Positions 22,405 through 32,242 of a DNA stretch of 64,000 nt are shown here, in pieces (positions within the stretch are counted from its first letter, which is position 1; every line of letters begins with the position of its first letter). Source of the stretch: Ignavibacteriota bacterium (GTDB lineage Bacteria > Bacteroidota > Ignavibacteria > UBA10030 > UBA6906). The stretch covers positions 256,001-320,000 of the forward strand of contig CAWDEM010000004.1 of the NCBI GenBank assembly GCA_963801355.1, given 5' to 3'. Made by a program: the position numbers and the translations under genes. The notes beneath the pieces were generated by a model, which was not told where the DNA came from, ran no database searches, and saw only the letters and a program-made list of their open reading frames with translations.

Positions 22405-22863
22405 TTGGCAGTACGATTACGTTTGCGACGGATCGGCAAAAAGAAAATGCCGATGTACCACATCGTGGCCGCCGATTCGCGCACCGCGCGGAGCGGCAAC
22501 TTCCTCGAAGTGGTCGGCCGGTACGAGCCACGCCAGGAGCCGATGGTGATCCAGGCGAAGGAGGCGAGGGTCTTCTACTGGCTCAAAACAGGTGCCCTGC
22601 CCACTGATACCGTGCGCAGTCTGTTCCAGCGGAACGGATTGTGGTTGAAGTGGTCACTCACCCGTGCCGGCAAGGACGAAGCCACGATCGCCGCTTCCAT
22701 GGAGAAGTGGCAGATGCAACAGGCAGACAAACGCCGCCACGATGACGAGCGGAAAGCCCGCCGTACGGCAGCGAAGCGAAAGGCAAGCGTGAGCAAGGGT
22801 CCGGAAGCCGCAGCGGCTCCGGCTGCAGAGGCTCCGGCCGCAGAGGCAGCTCCGCAGGCCTGA
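22405..22863 (+). CDS. rpsP: 30S ribosomal protein S16 with C-terminal extension
   Basis: AVRLRLRRIG, YHIVAADSR, GALPTDTV; TTG start after AAGGAG. Confidence 0.96.
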   Translation: MAVRLRLRRIGKKKMPMYHIVAADSRTARSGNFLEVVGRYEPRQEPMVIQAKEARVFYWLKTGALPTDTVRSLFQRNGLWLKWSLTRAGKDEATIAASMEKWQMQQADKRRHDDERKARRTAAKRKASVSKGPEAAAAPAAEAPAAEAAPQA

Positions 22864-22935
22864 CGCGCATAACTCCTGGGTTCAGGGGGTGGAGGCGCTA
22901 GGTTGCACGTAGAGGAGAAAACCTGAGGAGGGTGT

Positions 22936-23166
22936 ATGAACGACTTCGTGGTGTTCATTGCCAGCCACCTCGTCGACAGTCCGGAGAAAATCGCTCTGGA
23001 GCACGAGGAACGCGAAGACAAGATCGTGTTTCGTCTCCGCGTGGCGGAAGCAGATGTAGGTAAAGTCATCGGAAAAAAGGGGAGAACAGCCCAATCCCTG
23101 CGCATCCTTCTCGCCGCGGTGGCGGCACGTCAGGGTAAACGGGCGATTCTCGAAATCGCGGAGTGA
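22936..23166 (+). CDS. khpA: KH-domain RNA-binding protein
   Basis: DVGKVIGKKG GxxG loop; lies between rpsP and rimM. Confidence 0.92.
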   Translation: MNDFVVFIASHLVDSPEKIALEHEEREDKIVFRLRVAEADVGKVIGKKGRTAQSLRILLAAVAARQGKRAILEIAE

Positions 23167-23708
23167 GTATTGCTGTTCACGATTTGATCGCTGTTGGCTC
23201 CATCGTTAAGGCATTCGGCATCAGGGGCGATGTCATTGTTGAACCCCTGACCGACGTGCCGGAACGGTTCCGCTCTCTGCGCCGGGTGTACCTCGTCGCG
23301 GAATCGTCAGCGACGGGAACGATAGACGGCAATCCTGTGCCGGTAGAAATAACGGCCGTCAACGTTGCCCCGCACGGCATACGGGCACGATTTTCCTGCG
23401 CCCCGGATCGTACGGCTGCGGAAAAACTGGTCGGCCTGCTCGTGATGATCCCCGCGGAAGAAGCGGTACCGTTGCCTCCGGGAACGTTCTTTGTGCATCA
23501 GATCGTCGGCTTTACTGTTGTCGATGAGCAGGGGGCACCCCTGGGAAGGCTCTCCGATGTCCTCCCCTTCCCGGCGCAAGATGTGTACGTCATCAGTGCC
23601 GACGGGGAACAGGATCTCCTGGTCCCCGCGGTAGGCGAGTTTGTCAGGAGCATCGATGGGGCAGCACGGACTATAACGATCCGCCTTATCGAAGGCATGC
23701 GAGCATGA
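23163..23708 (+). CDS. rimM: Ribosome maturation factor RimM
   Basis: VGSIVKAFGIRG, PRC barrel, LLVP; synteny. Confidence 0.95.
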   Translation: MSIAVHDLIAVGSIVKAFGIRGDVIVEPLTDVPERFRSLRRVYLVAESSATGTIDGNPVPVEITAVNVAPHGIRARFSCAPDRTAAEKLVGLLVMIPAEEAVPLPPGTFFVHQIVGFTVVDEQGAPLGRLSDVLPFPAQDVYVISADGEQDLLVPAVGEFVRSIDGAARTITIRLIEGMRA

Positions 23709-24388
23709 TCCGGATCGATGTCATAACGGGCCATCCGCGCCTGGTGCGGGGGCCGCTCGACGAGAGCATGCTGAAGCGCGCCCAGGAACTGGCCGGTGTG
23801 GAATGCGTGGTGCACGACCTGCGCGAACACGCCACCGACCGTCATCGATCCATCGACGACACTCCGTTCGGAGGAGGCGCGGGCATGGTGATGAAGCCCG
23901 AGCCGGTATTCGCGTGCATCGAAGGGTTGCAGCGCGAACGCACATACGACGAGGTGGTGTACATGAGCGCCGACGGCGAGCGCCTGACACAGGCGCTGGC
24001 CAACGAGCTCTCCCTGAAATCCAGCCTCATCATCCTGTGCGGCCACTACAAAGGGATCGATGAACGGATCCGGGAACGGCTGGTCACCCGGGAGATTTCG
24101 ATCGGTGATTATGTGCTCACCGGCGGAGAGTTGCCCGCCCTGGTGCTGATCGATGCCATCGTGCGTTTGATACCCGGCGTGCTGCACGACGGCGAGTCTC
24201 TGTTGAATGATTCTTTTCAGGACGGGTTGCTGGATGCCCCGCAGTATACCCGGCCTGCGGAATTTCGAGGAATGCGTATCCCGGAGGTTCTGCTCTCGGG
24301 GAATCACGCAGACATCGAACGGTGGCGGCAAGACCAGAGGGTCGGGCGGACGCGTGAGCGCCGGCAGGATCTCATGGAAAACAAGTGA
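23705..24388 (+). CDS. trmD: tRNA (guanine37-N1)-methyltransferase
   Basis: [32 protein letters not shown]. Confidence 0.98.
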   Translation: MIRIDVITGHPRLVRGPLDESMLKRAQELAGVECVVHDLREHATDRHRSIDDTPFGGGAGMVMKPEPVFACIEGLQRERTYDEVVYMSADGERLTQALANELSLKSSLIILCGHYKGIDERIRERLVTREISIGDYVLTGGELPALVLIDAIVRLIPGVLHDGESLLNDSFQDGLLDAPQYTRPAEFRGMRIPEVLLSGNHADIERWRQDQRVGRTRERRQDLMENK

Positions 24389-24410
24389 TAGTGTCCTTTT
24401 GGAGATGATT

Positions 24411-24752
24411 ATGGAAAAGATCAAACTGGTGGAGGCGACTCAGCTGAAGAGCGGCATTCCCGACTTCTTTCCCGGCGACACGGTCAACGTACATGTCCGC
24501 GTTATCGAAGGTGACAAGGAGCGCGTACAGCAGTTCCAGGGCGTGGTGATCGGCCGTCACGGCGCGGGGATGAATGCGACCTTCACCGTGCGCAAGATTT
24601 CGGACGGCGTCGGTGTGGAGCGTATCTTCCCTCTGCACTCACCGCGCCTGGCCAAGATTGAACGCGTCAAGCAGGGATCGGTGCGCCGGGCAAAGCTGTA
24701 CTATTTGCGCTCCCTTGCGGCCAAAGCAATCCGTCAGAAGACGACTGCCTGA
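24411..24752 (+). CDS. rplS: 50S ribosomal protein L19
   Basis: [27 protein letters not shown]. Confidence 0.98.
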   Translation: MEKIKLVEATQLKSGIPDFFPGDTVNVHVRVIEGDKERVQQFQGVVIGRHGAGMNATFTVRKISDGVGVERIFPLHSPRLAKIERVKQGSVRRAKLYYLRSLAAKAIRQKTTA

Positions 24753-24777
24753 CGCACAACAACTTCCGTAGGGTCGC

Positions 24778-25611
24778 ATGAGCACACGCACACGACTCGG
24801 CGTTCCCTCCGTTTTCTATACCAAGCCGTTGACCGTGCACCTGGCGGAGCGTGATCTCTTTACCCGCCAGGTGGATGTTCCCGCCCAGCATGCGGTCCGC
24901 CTGCGTGAGCATGAGCTCGACGCGGCGTTTCTCACCCCCATCGATTACGCCCGTGATAGTTCCGAGTACCGGATCGTTCCCGGGGTCGGCGTCAGCTCCG
25001 CCTCCGCAACCGGCTCGATCAGTCTTGTTTTTCATGACGAGATTCAGACGGTGAATACGGTGGCCATCGATCCGTCATCGTCTTCGGAAATCATTCTGGC
25101 GAAGATCATTCTCGCCGAAGAATACGAGCTGGAGCCGAAATTTCAGCCCTTCAGCGGCACGGTTGACGGTGCGCTTGCACGCGCGGATGCCGTTCTTCTT
25201 GTGGGTGATGCGTCGCTACGGGAGATCTCCTCGCGCCCCAATCGCATTGACCTTGTGGAAGCCTGGAACATCATCACGGGGCTCCCGTATGTACACGGGT
25301 TCTGGTGCGGCGGCGAAGAGGCGCTCACTCCGGAAGAAGTGGGCTGGCTGGTGCAAAGCGCGTACAGCGGGATCAGTGCGCTGGATACGATCGCGGGCAA
25401 CCTTCCCCACGGTGCATTTCCCTCTCTCTCCCACGCCGACATGTCCGATTATCTTCACGCGTTTTCGTACGACCTGAACGAGGACGACCTCGAGGGACTG
25501 CGCGAGTTTCTCCGCTATGCCTTCTACCACGGCGTGACTCCCGACGTGGCGGAGCTTCATTTTTACGGCACACCAGGTCTTCCGCCTGCATCCCCACCTC
25601 CGCTCTCCTGA
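24778..25611 (+). CDS. MqnA/MqnD-family protein (chorismate dehydratase-like, futalosine pathway), divergent
   Basis: LLVGDASL, DLVEAW..TGLPYV, SISL resemble MqnA. Confidence 0.75.
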   Translation: MSTRTRLGVPSVFYTKPLTVHLAERDLFTRQVDVPAQHAVRLREHELDAAFLTPIDYARDSSEYRIVPGVGVSSASATGSISLVFHDEIQTVNTVAIDPSSSSEIILAKIILAEEYELEPKFQPFSGTVDGALARADAVLLVGDASLREISSRPNRIDLVEAWNIITGLPYVHGFWCGGEEALTPEEVGWLVQSAYSGISALDTIAGNLPHGAFPSLSHADMSDYLHAFSYDLNEDDLEGLREFLRYAFYHGVTPDVAELHFYGTPGLPPASPPPLS

Positions 25612-25621
25612 TCCCGTCGCG

Positions 25622-25650
25622 TTGAATCTTTTCGAAAAGATGGGTAGATT
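25622..25650 (+). promoter_or_regulatory. recN promoter with a palindromic operator candidate
   Basis: TTGAAT-N17-TAGATT; perfect palindrome ATCTTTTCGAAAAGAT at 25626-25641. Confidence 0.65.
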
Positions 25651-25656
25651 GGCTCT

Positions 25657-27381
25657 ATGCTGAAGAATCTGCTCATCAAGAACTACGCCCTCATCCAGGA
25701 GCTCAGCGTCGAGTTTTCCAGCGGCCTCATCATTATCACCGGTGAAACCGGCGCAGGCAAATCGATCATCATCGATGCGCTCGGTCTTGCCCTCGGAGAA
25801 CGGGCAAGTGCTGAGGTGGTGCGCCGCGGCAGCGATAAGGCGGTGGTGGAGGCTACATTCGACGTGGGAGACAATGCCAAAGTCCACGAACTCGTGGCCG
25901 CGCATGATCTCGATCCCGCCGACGAGCTGATCGTCCGCCGCGAAGTCTCGGCCAAGTCCCAGAGCCGCTGCTACCTCAACGATTCCCCCGTGACGCTTGC
26001 ACTGCAGAAACAGGTGGGCGAGCTGCTCGTAGACCTGCACGGGCAGCACGAACACCAATCCTTGCTGCACGTGGAGACGCATATCGGGATGCTGGACGAC
26101 TTCGGCGGACTCGGCGGAATGGTGGATGAATTTCGTGTGGCGCATGCCAGACTCCGGAAGGCTGCGGGGGAGCTGTCGGACCTCCGCCGCAGGGAACGGG
26201 AACTCCGCGAGAAGCGCGAATTCCTCCTCTTCCAGGCGGAAGAGATTGATGCCGTCAGCCCGCGGTCCGGGGAAGAAGAGGAGCTGGAAACGGAACTCCG
26301 GATTCTGGAGAACAGTGAAAAGCTGTTCAGCGCGACGGCGGATCTGTACGCACAGCTCTATGAAGGTGAGCGCGCCGTCCGCGATCTCCTTGTCGTCGCC
26401 AGGAACCAGTTCCATGCGCTTGCCGAGATCGATTCGCGCTTCGCCGATGCCGCCCGCGAATGTTCATCAGCCGAGGCTATTGTCAATGAACTGGCGAAAT
26501 TCGTCCAGGGGTACAATGCCAGGGTGGAATTCGCTCCCGAGAGGCTCGAACAACTGCGCGAGCGGCTGGGCCGGCTGGCATTTCTCAAGAAGAAGTACGG
26601 CGGCGCGCTGGATGGTGTGATCGCCCACCGGCAGAAATTGGGTGAAGAACTGTCGCTTGCCGACAACTTTGACCGGATCATCGCGCGCCTGGAGCAGGAC
26701 GTCGAACAGGCACGCCAGGAGTGTGCCGCCATTGCCGACCGGCTCTCATCCAAACGGCACGATGTCGCACGGAAGATTGACAAGGCGATCGTGCTGGAAC
26801 TGGCGAAGCTCGGGATCGCCCAGGCCCGGTTCAGTACGCGAATACAGCAGGAGCAGGTCGCCGGCAGCGGCGAGGATGGCGCTCCACCCGCTGATGCCGT
26901 CCGGCGGGGAAAGGCAATGGTCGCGCTGACCCCGCGCGGGTACGACAAGGTGGAATTCTATCTCTCCACGAATGTCGGGGAAGAAGAAAAGCCCCTCACG
27001 CGCATTGCTTCGGGTGGCGAGGTTTCCCGCATCATGCTTGCCCTCAAGAGCATCCTGGCCAAAACCGACCGTCTTCCGGTGCTCATTTTTGACGAAATCG
27101 ATGTCGGCGTGAGCGGACGCATCGCGCAAGCCGTGGGTGCCAGTCTGAAGAACCTCGCGGGGTTTCACCAGGTCATCGCGATCACGCACCTCCCGCAGAT
27201 TGCGGGTTTTGCTGACGCGCACTTCGCGGTCAGTAAGACCGAACAGAACAACCGCGCTGTCACAACGCTGCAACGCCTGACGCTCGATGAGCAGGTGCGC
27301 GAAGTGGCGCGCCTGATGAGCGGTGCTGAAGTAACTGAAGCCGGTCTGGCCGGCGCACGTGAACTTATGGGACTCCCCTGA
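25657..27381 (+). CDS. recN: DNA repair protein RecN
   Basis: TGETGAGKS, HGQHEHQ, ASGGEVSR, FDEIDVGVSG, ITHLPQIA. Confidence 0.98.
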   Translation: MLKNLLIKNYALIQELSVEFSSGLIIITGETGAGKSIIIDALGLALGERASAEVVRRGSDKAVVEATFDVGDNAKVHELVAAHDLDPADELIVRREVSAKSQSRCYLNDSPVTLALQKQVGELLVDLHGQHEHQSLLHVETHIGMLDDFGGLGGMVDEFRVAHARLRKAAGELSDLRRRERELREKREFLLFQAEEIDAVSPRSGEEEELETELRILENSEKLFSATADLYAQLYEGERAVRDLLVVARNQFHALAEIDSRFADAARECSSAEAIVNELAKFVQGYNARVEFAPERLEQLRERLGRLAFLKKKYGGALDGVIAHRQKLGEELSLADNFDRIIARLEQDVEQARQECAAIADRLSSKRHDVARKIDKAIVLELAKLGIAQARFSTRIQQEQVAGSGEDGAPPADAVRRGKAMVALTPRGYDKVEFYLSTNVGEEEKPLTRIASGGEVSRIMLALKSILAKTDRLPVLIFDEIDVGVSGRIAQAVGASLKNLAGFHQVIAITHLPQIAGFADAHFAVSKTEQNNRAVTTLQRLTLDEQVREVARLMSGAEVTEAGLAGARELMGLP

Positions 27382-28838
27382 TGCCACTTGTCCTGTACAA
27401 TACCCTGTCGCGCTCGAAAGAAGAATTCCGGCCCCTGGATCCGAACCTGGTGAGGATGTACGTCTGCGGGCCGACGGTGTACGGCCCTCCACACCTCGGC
27501 CACGCGAAAAGCTATGTGTCATTTGATGTCATCCTGCGGTATCTCAGATATCTTCAGTACCGCGTCCTCTATGTGCAGAATATCACCGACGTCGGGCACC
27601 TCACGGACGATGCCGATGAGGGAGAAGACAAACTCGTACGGCAGTCCCGGCTCGAACGCGTGCACCCCATGCAGGTGGCGGAGTTGTACACCCGCCTGTT
27701 CTACGAAGACATGGATGCCTTGAACGTCATCCGCCCGGATATCGCTCCCCGCGCATCGGGCCATATCACGGAACAGATTACGCTTGCGGAAACCCTCGTG
27801 GCACGTGGGCTCGCGTACGAAACCAACGGCTCGGTGTACTTCGATGTCCCCCGCTATGTCGCGTACGGCAAGCTGTCTCACCGGACGCTCGAGGAGATGA
27901 ACGCGGGAACGCGGGTCGAGGTTAAGGCAGAGAAACGGCATCCGGCCGACTTTGCACTCTGGAAGCGGGCGGAACCCGGGCATATCATGCGCTGGCCAAG
28001 TCCGTGGGGCGAAGGCTTTCCCGGCTGGCACCTGGAATGCTCCGCAATGTCGATGAAGTACCTCGGCGTATCCTTTGACATCCATGGTGGGGGGCTCGAC
28101 AATCAGTTCCCGCATCACGAATGTGAAATCGCACAGAGTGAGGGCGCAACCGGACAACCTTTCGTGAAATACTGGCTCCACAATAATCTGGTGACCGTTG
28201 ATGGGAAGAAAATGGGGAAGTCGCTGGGGAATTTCATCACGTTGAAAGATGCATTCGCCAAGTGGACTCCCGGGGTGGTACGATTCTTTATCCTGCAGAG
28301 CCACTACCGCAGCACTCTGGACTTCAGCGCTGACACACTGGAGGGAGCGGGGAAGGGCCTCGAAAAACTCATCAACACGGTCCGGAATGTGCGGCATGCA
28401 GATTCCACAGACACTCCCGGACCGCCGTCCGGCATCGATCTGGCAAAGCATCACCTGGCATTCACCGATGCCATGAACGATGATTTCAACAGTCCCCTGG
28501 CGATTGCCGGTCTCTTTGATCTGAGCCGCGAGGTGAACCAGGCGCTGGCACGCGGAACTCCGCTGGCCCGGGAGGAACTGCAGGCGATCGAGGCATTCTA
28601 TGTCCAGCATGCCGGTGAAGTGCTGGGCCTGGATCTCTGGACCCGCGAGGTACAGACTGCTCCGGAGTCGATTGAGCCCGGGCTTATCGCCCTTTGTATC
28701 TCTCTGCGCGCCGAGCTCCGCCGTGAGAAACTCTGGGCGCTCTCAGACAGAATCCGGGATGGTCTGCTCGCAATGGGGATTGTCCTCGAAGACAAGAAAG
28801 AAGAAACGACGTGGAAGCGCATGCGTGCAGGCGAATAG
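27381..28838 (+). CDS. cysS: Cysteine--tRNA ligase
   Basis: [30 protein letters not shown]. Confidence 0.99.
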   Translation: MPLVLYNTLSRSKEEFRPLDPNLVRMYVCGPTVYGPPHLGHAKSYVSFDVILRYLRYLQYRVLYVQNITDVGHLTDDADEGEDKLVRQSRLERVHPMQVAELYTRLFYEDMDALNVIRPDIAPRASGHITEQITLAETLVARGLAYETNGSVYFDVPRYVAYGKLSHRTLEEMNAGTRVEVKAEKRHPADFALWKRAEPGHIMRWPSPWGEGFPGWHLECSAMSMKYLGVSFDIHGGGLDNQFPHHECEIAQSEGATGQPFVKYWLHNNLVTVDGKKMGKSLGNFITLKDAFAKWTPGVVRFFILQSHYRSTLDFSADTLEGAGKGLEKLINTVRNVRHADSTDTPGPPSGIDLAKHHLAFTDAMNDDFNSPLAIAGLFDLSREVNQALARGTPLAREELQAIEAFYVQHAGEVLGLDLWTREVQTAPESIEPGLIALCISLRAELRREKLWALSDRIRDGLLAMGIVLEDKKEETTWKRMRAGE

Positions 28839-29602
28839 AATGCGTCCTGTGGACCGTTGTGCTGTTGCTCTGCGGCCTTCGGATGGCTGTGGGACAGGGT
28901 TCGGCCGGCACGGACGGACGGCTGGAACCGAGATTTCTTGTCGATATGCCGACAGCCGGCATGCCGGACAAGAGCACGCTTGTGCTGGACGTCGATTTTT
29001 ACCGTGAAGGCGGTCTGCTCTTCGGCATCAGCGTAGGAGTTTTCGACCGGCTCAGCCTGGGTCTCTCCTACGGCGGTTCACGGATCATCGGTTCCGGCTC
29101 GCCGACAATGCATCCCCTCCCCGGCGTGAACCTTCGTCTTCGCATCGTTGAGGAGGGACCACTGTTCCCCGCACTTACCCTGGGTTTCGATTCGCAGGGG
29201 AAGGACGGCTATCTGAAAGAGCTGGATCGCTACCGTGTCAAATCTCCCGGACTGTTCGTCGCGGCGAGCAAGAACTATTCGTTTCTTGGTTACCTGAGTA
29301 TTCACGGGGGAGCAAACTACAGTCTTGAACGCGCCGATGGTGACCGTGATGTGAATGTCTACACGGGCGTCGAAAAGACACTCGGTCCGGTACTCTCGGC
29401 TGTACTGGAGTACAATTTCGGGACAAATGACAACAGTGCAGAGGCTGTCGGAAAGGGGTGGGGATATATCAATGCTGCAATCAGGCTGATGCTGGGGAGC
29501 GGGCTGACTGTCAGTTTCAACCTCAAAGATATCGTCAAGAACGGTCCCGAGGTCATCGTGGCCAACCGGACCATTTCTCTCGAGTATGCACGGGCCTTCT
29601 GA
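28811..29602 (+). CDS. Exported beta-strand-rich protein (YjbH-like outer-membrane protein)
   Basis: Signal peptide, DMPTAG, alternating beta-strands, C-terminal Phe. Confidence 0.6.
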   Translation: MEAHACRRIECVLWTVVLLLCGLRMAVGQGSAGTDGRLEPRFLVDMPTAGMPDKSTLVLDVDFYREGGLLFGISVGVFDRLSLGLSYGGSRIIGSGSPTMHPLPGVNLRLRIVEEGPLFPALTLGFDSQGKDGYLKELDRYRVKSPGLFVAASKNYSFLGYLSIHGGANYSLERADGDRDVNVYTGVEKTLGPVLSAVLEYNFGTNDNSAEAVGKGWGYINAAIRLMLGSGLTVSFNLKDIVKNGPEVIVANRTISLEYARAF

Positions 29603-29754
29603 ACGGAACTGTTGCTTTTCGTGGACTCCGAGGCTCTGAATGTCTCAAAATCGATACAATGACCCAGTGAAAACGACCCAAAGCACGGCATTTTGATAAG
29701 AAACCGTGTGGCATCATTATTGCAATTTGAAGGCACAGAGTAGGAGGAACGATC

Positions 29755-30684
29755 ATGAAATCACGTCATACAACCTGGATGTTCATCGGTGCGGTTGGAG
29801 TCATTGCTCTCCTGGTAAGCGGATGTTACACGCAATTCGGGCCCACGAGGGACGAGGCTGTTGTCCGCTATGAAGATCAGGACGAGTATACGGAAGACGA
29901 CTCGGTTGCATACACCGAGGACTATGATAACTCGCGCCAACGTTTCTATGATGAGCAGTACTATCCGGGTTATGCGTTTGGCTTTGGATTTTACGATCCA
30001 TGGTCATGGCGCTCCCGGGCATGGTACGGCTATAGTTCATACTGGTATGATCCGTACTGGGGATGGTGCGGCACGGGCTACCCTTATTATTCGGCATGGT
30101 GGTCAAGCCCGATCCATGGATACAATCCATCCTGGTATTACGGGTCTGCGTACCGGGGCGGGATCGGGTACGCAACCAGGGCCGGGAATGCACACGGTTC
30201 GACCCGCTCCTTCGGTTCAACCCGCTCATCCGGCCAGGTCCGGGGAGCGAGTGGTTACACACCGGGTGGAAGCAGGAGCGGTGGAACCGGGACTGCCCCT
30301 TCAGCGGGCACGTACCAGGCAAAGCCCCGTGCGGTAAATCCCGGGAGCGGAAAGTCGGCGGATCGTCCGGCGCGTGTCACATCGCCCGGCAGCACACGTG
30401 GCAGCTCGCGTGAAGCGACGCGAAGCGATGTGCCGAGATCTGCCCCCCGTCCTAATAGCGGCGGACGGGAATCAGCACGAGGAGCCCGTACGTACTCGCC
30501 GCCCCCGTCATCGTCGGGAAACAGCGGTGGGTCTTCGGGCAGCCGTGACAGCAATCGAGGAGAACGGTCGGGTGGTTCATATTCTCCGCCCGCGTCTTCA
30601 CCTGCTCCTTCTTCGCCACCGCCGTCAAGCGGCGGGAGCAGTGCACCGACGAACACCGGTGACCGTGGTGGGAGCAGACGTTGA
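29755..30684 (+). CDS. Lipoprotein with Tyr/Trp/Gly-rich middle and Ser/Gly/Arg/Pro low-complexity tail
   Basis: Lipobox VSGC; AGGAGG RBS. Confidence 0.8.
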   Translation: MKSRHTTWMFIGAVGVIALLVSGCYTQFGPTRDEAVVRYEDQDEYTEDDSVAYTEDYDNSRQRFYDEQYYPGYAFGFGFYDPWSWRSRAWYGYSSYWYDPYWGWCGTGYPYYSAWWSSPIHGYNPSWYYGSAYRGGIGYATRAGNAHGSTRSFGSTRSSGQVRGASGYTPGGSRSGGTGTAPSAGTYQAKPRAVNPGSGKSADRPARVTSPGSTRGSSREATRSDVPRSAPRPNSGGRESARGARTYSPPPSSSGNSGGSSGSRDSNRGERSGGSYSPPASSPAPSSPPPSSGGSSAPTNTGDRGGSRR

Positions 30685-30702
30685 TTTTGCACAGAGGAGA
30701 CC

Positions 30703-32142
30703 ATGAAACGTACATTTGGTAACGTCATCGCATACGCAGCGGTTCTTGCGCTGACAGCGGTACAGGCTTTCGGACAATATCCTGAAGATGCATTACGGCT
30801 CGGTCTGCCAGGCACAGGTGTGGGAAGCCGGTCGCTCGGCATGGGGAATGCCTATACCGGGGTCGCGAACGACTTCAGCGCGATATACTGGAACCCCGCG
30901 GGTCTCGCCCAGCTTCAGTTCAGCGAGTTCTCCCTCGGGCTTTCCTACCACAACAATGCGGACATCAGCACGTTTTTCAATATGCAGGAAAAGTACAACA
31001 GCACCTCCACCAATCTCAATGGACTCGGTCTTGTGTACAAAATTCCCACAAACCGGGGCAGCATGGTGCTGGCCTTCGGGTACGACCGTCAGAATAATTT
31101 CGCCAGCGGAATGTCGTTTACCGGATTCAACCCCGGCAGCAGCATCATTCAGTCCTATGCCCGCAACGGCTCGTTCTATCCATCGGACCTGTCGGATAAC
31201 ATCGCGTATCAACTGTACCTGGCTGACATTGATACGGTCACGGGGCGATTCACGAGTCCGATTACCGGCAGGGTGACACAAATCGCCAAGGTTGTGGAGG
31301 GCGGCGGGCTCAACAACTGGTCGATGGGTGGAGGGGTGGATATTGCCAAGGATCTGAGTCTCGGCGTGACGCTCACATACCTCTCCGGCACGTACCGGTA
31401 TGACCGGAACTTCACAGAGGAAGATCGTGGCCACAATTGGGACGCCTACCCGTACGATTTCAATCGTTTGAGCGTCGATGAGTTCATTGAAGGTGACATC
31501 AGCGGCGGTAACGCAAAGTTCGGGTTGCTCTACAGGATTCCTGACCGATTCCGGCTCGGCGTTGCAGCAAAGACGCCGACATCGTTCACCGTCAAAGAAA
31601 CTTTCGGCATCGCCGCGACCAGCGTGTTTGACAACGGCGATAGTTATCCCAAGGATGCGCCGTTCAAGACACACGGGAGCGGTGAATATGACGTGGTCAC
31701 GCCATGGGAATTCAGTGCCGGCGTTTCGGTGGTCTTGAGTGATCTGCTGGTCTCGGCGGATTTCGATTATACCGATTGGACGGAGCTGAAGTTTGAAAAC
31801 GCCAATGCCGACGTGATGGACCAGAACAGAGACATGAAGACCATCTTCCGTGGCGCGTCGAACTACCGGGTCGGGCTCGAATACGACCTTGCAAAGATCG
31901 GCGTCCGCTTGCGGGGTGGATTCATGTACTTTTCCTCCCCGTATGCAAATGACCCGTTGACATATGATCAAAAATACGTTACAGGGGGAATCGGATTCCT
32001 GCTGGGCCCCTCTACGATGCTTGACGTGGCATATGCACGAGGGTGGTGGGAGACATTTCGAACGAACTACGACGTCAGCTCGCTGACGGACGAGAAGCTG
32101 ACCACCAATACCGTATTGGCCACCTTCTCGTACCGCTTCTAG
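30703..32142 (+). CDS. OmpP1/FadL family outer-membrane transporter
   Basis: Signal peptide, RSLGMGNA, YWNPAGL, C-terminal YRF. Confidence 0.88.
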   Translation: MKRTFGNVIAYAAVLALTAVQAFGQYPEDALRLGLPGTGVGSRSLGMGNAYTGVANDFSAIYWNPAGLAQLQFSEFSLGLSYHNNADISTFFNMQEKYNSTSTNLNGLGLVYKIPTNRGSMVLAFGYDRQNNFASGMSFTGFNPGSSIIQSYARNGSFYPSDLSDNIAYQLYLADIDTVTGRFTSPITGRVTQIAKVVEGGGLNNWSMGGGVDIAKDLSLGVTLTYLSGTYRYDRNFTEEDRGHNWDAYPYDFNRLSVDEFIEGDISGGNAKFGLLYRIPDRFRLGVAAKTPTSFTVKETFGIAATSVFDNGDSYPKDAPFKTHGSGEYDVVTPWEFSAGVSVVLSDLLVSADFDYTDWTELKFENANADVMDQNRDMKTIFRGASNYRVGLEYDLAKIGVRLRGGFMYFSSPYANDPLTYDQKYVTGGIGFLLGPSTMLDVAYARGWWETFRTNYDVSSLTDEKLTTNTVLATFSYRF

Positions 32143-32154
32143 CAATCCGGTTGT

Positions 32155-32183
32155 TTGCAACAGTACGGGCGATTCTCTATATT
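32155..32183 (+). promoter_or_regulatory. Sigma70-like promoter upstream of acylase-cobB-pyk
   Basis: TTGCAA-N17-TATATT. Confidence 0.55.
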
Positions 32184-32224
32184 GAAGTCCGCCACGCGAA
32201 AGCGCGGCGGACTTCGTGCTTTTC
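32184..32224 (+). terminator. GC-rich hairpin with GAAA tetraloop (terminator of the FadL transcript or a leader element)
   Basis: GAAGTCCGCC-ACGC-GAAA-GCGC-GGCGGACTTC followed by GTGCTTTT. Confidence 0.5.
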
Positions 32225-32242
32225 CCCACCCCGGAGTACCAC

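Noticed and set aside
22800-22863. Short GCAGAGGCTCCG-like repeats
   Set aside because: They encode the Ala/Glu/Pro tail of extended S16, which is known in several phyla; not CRISPR
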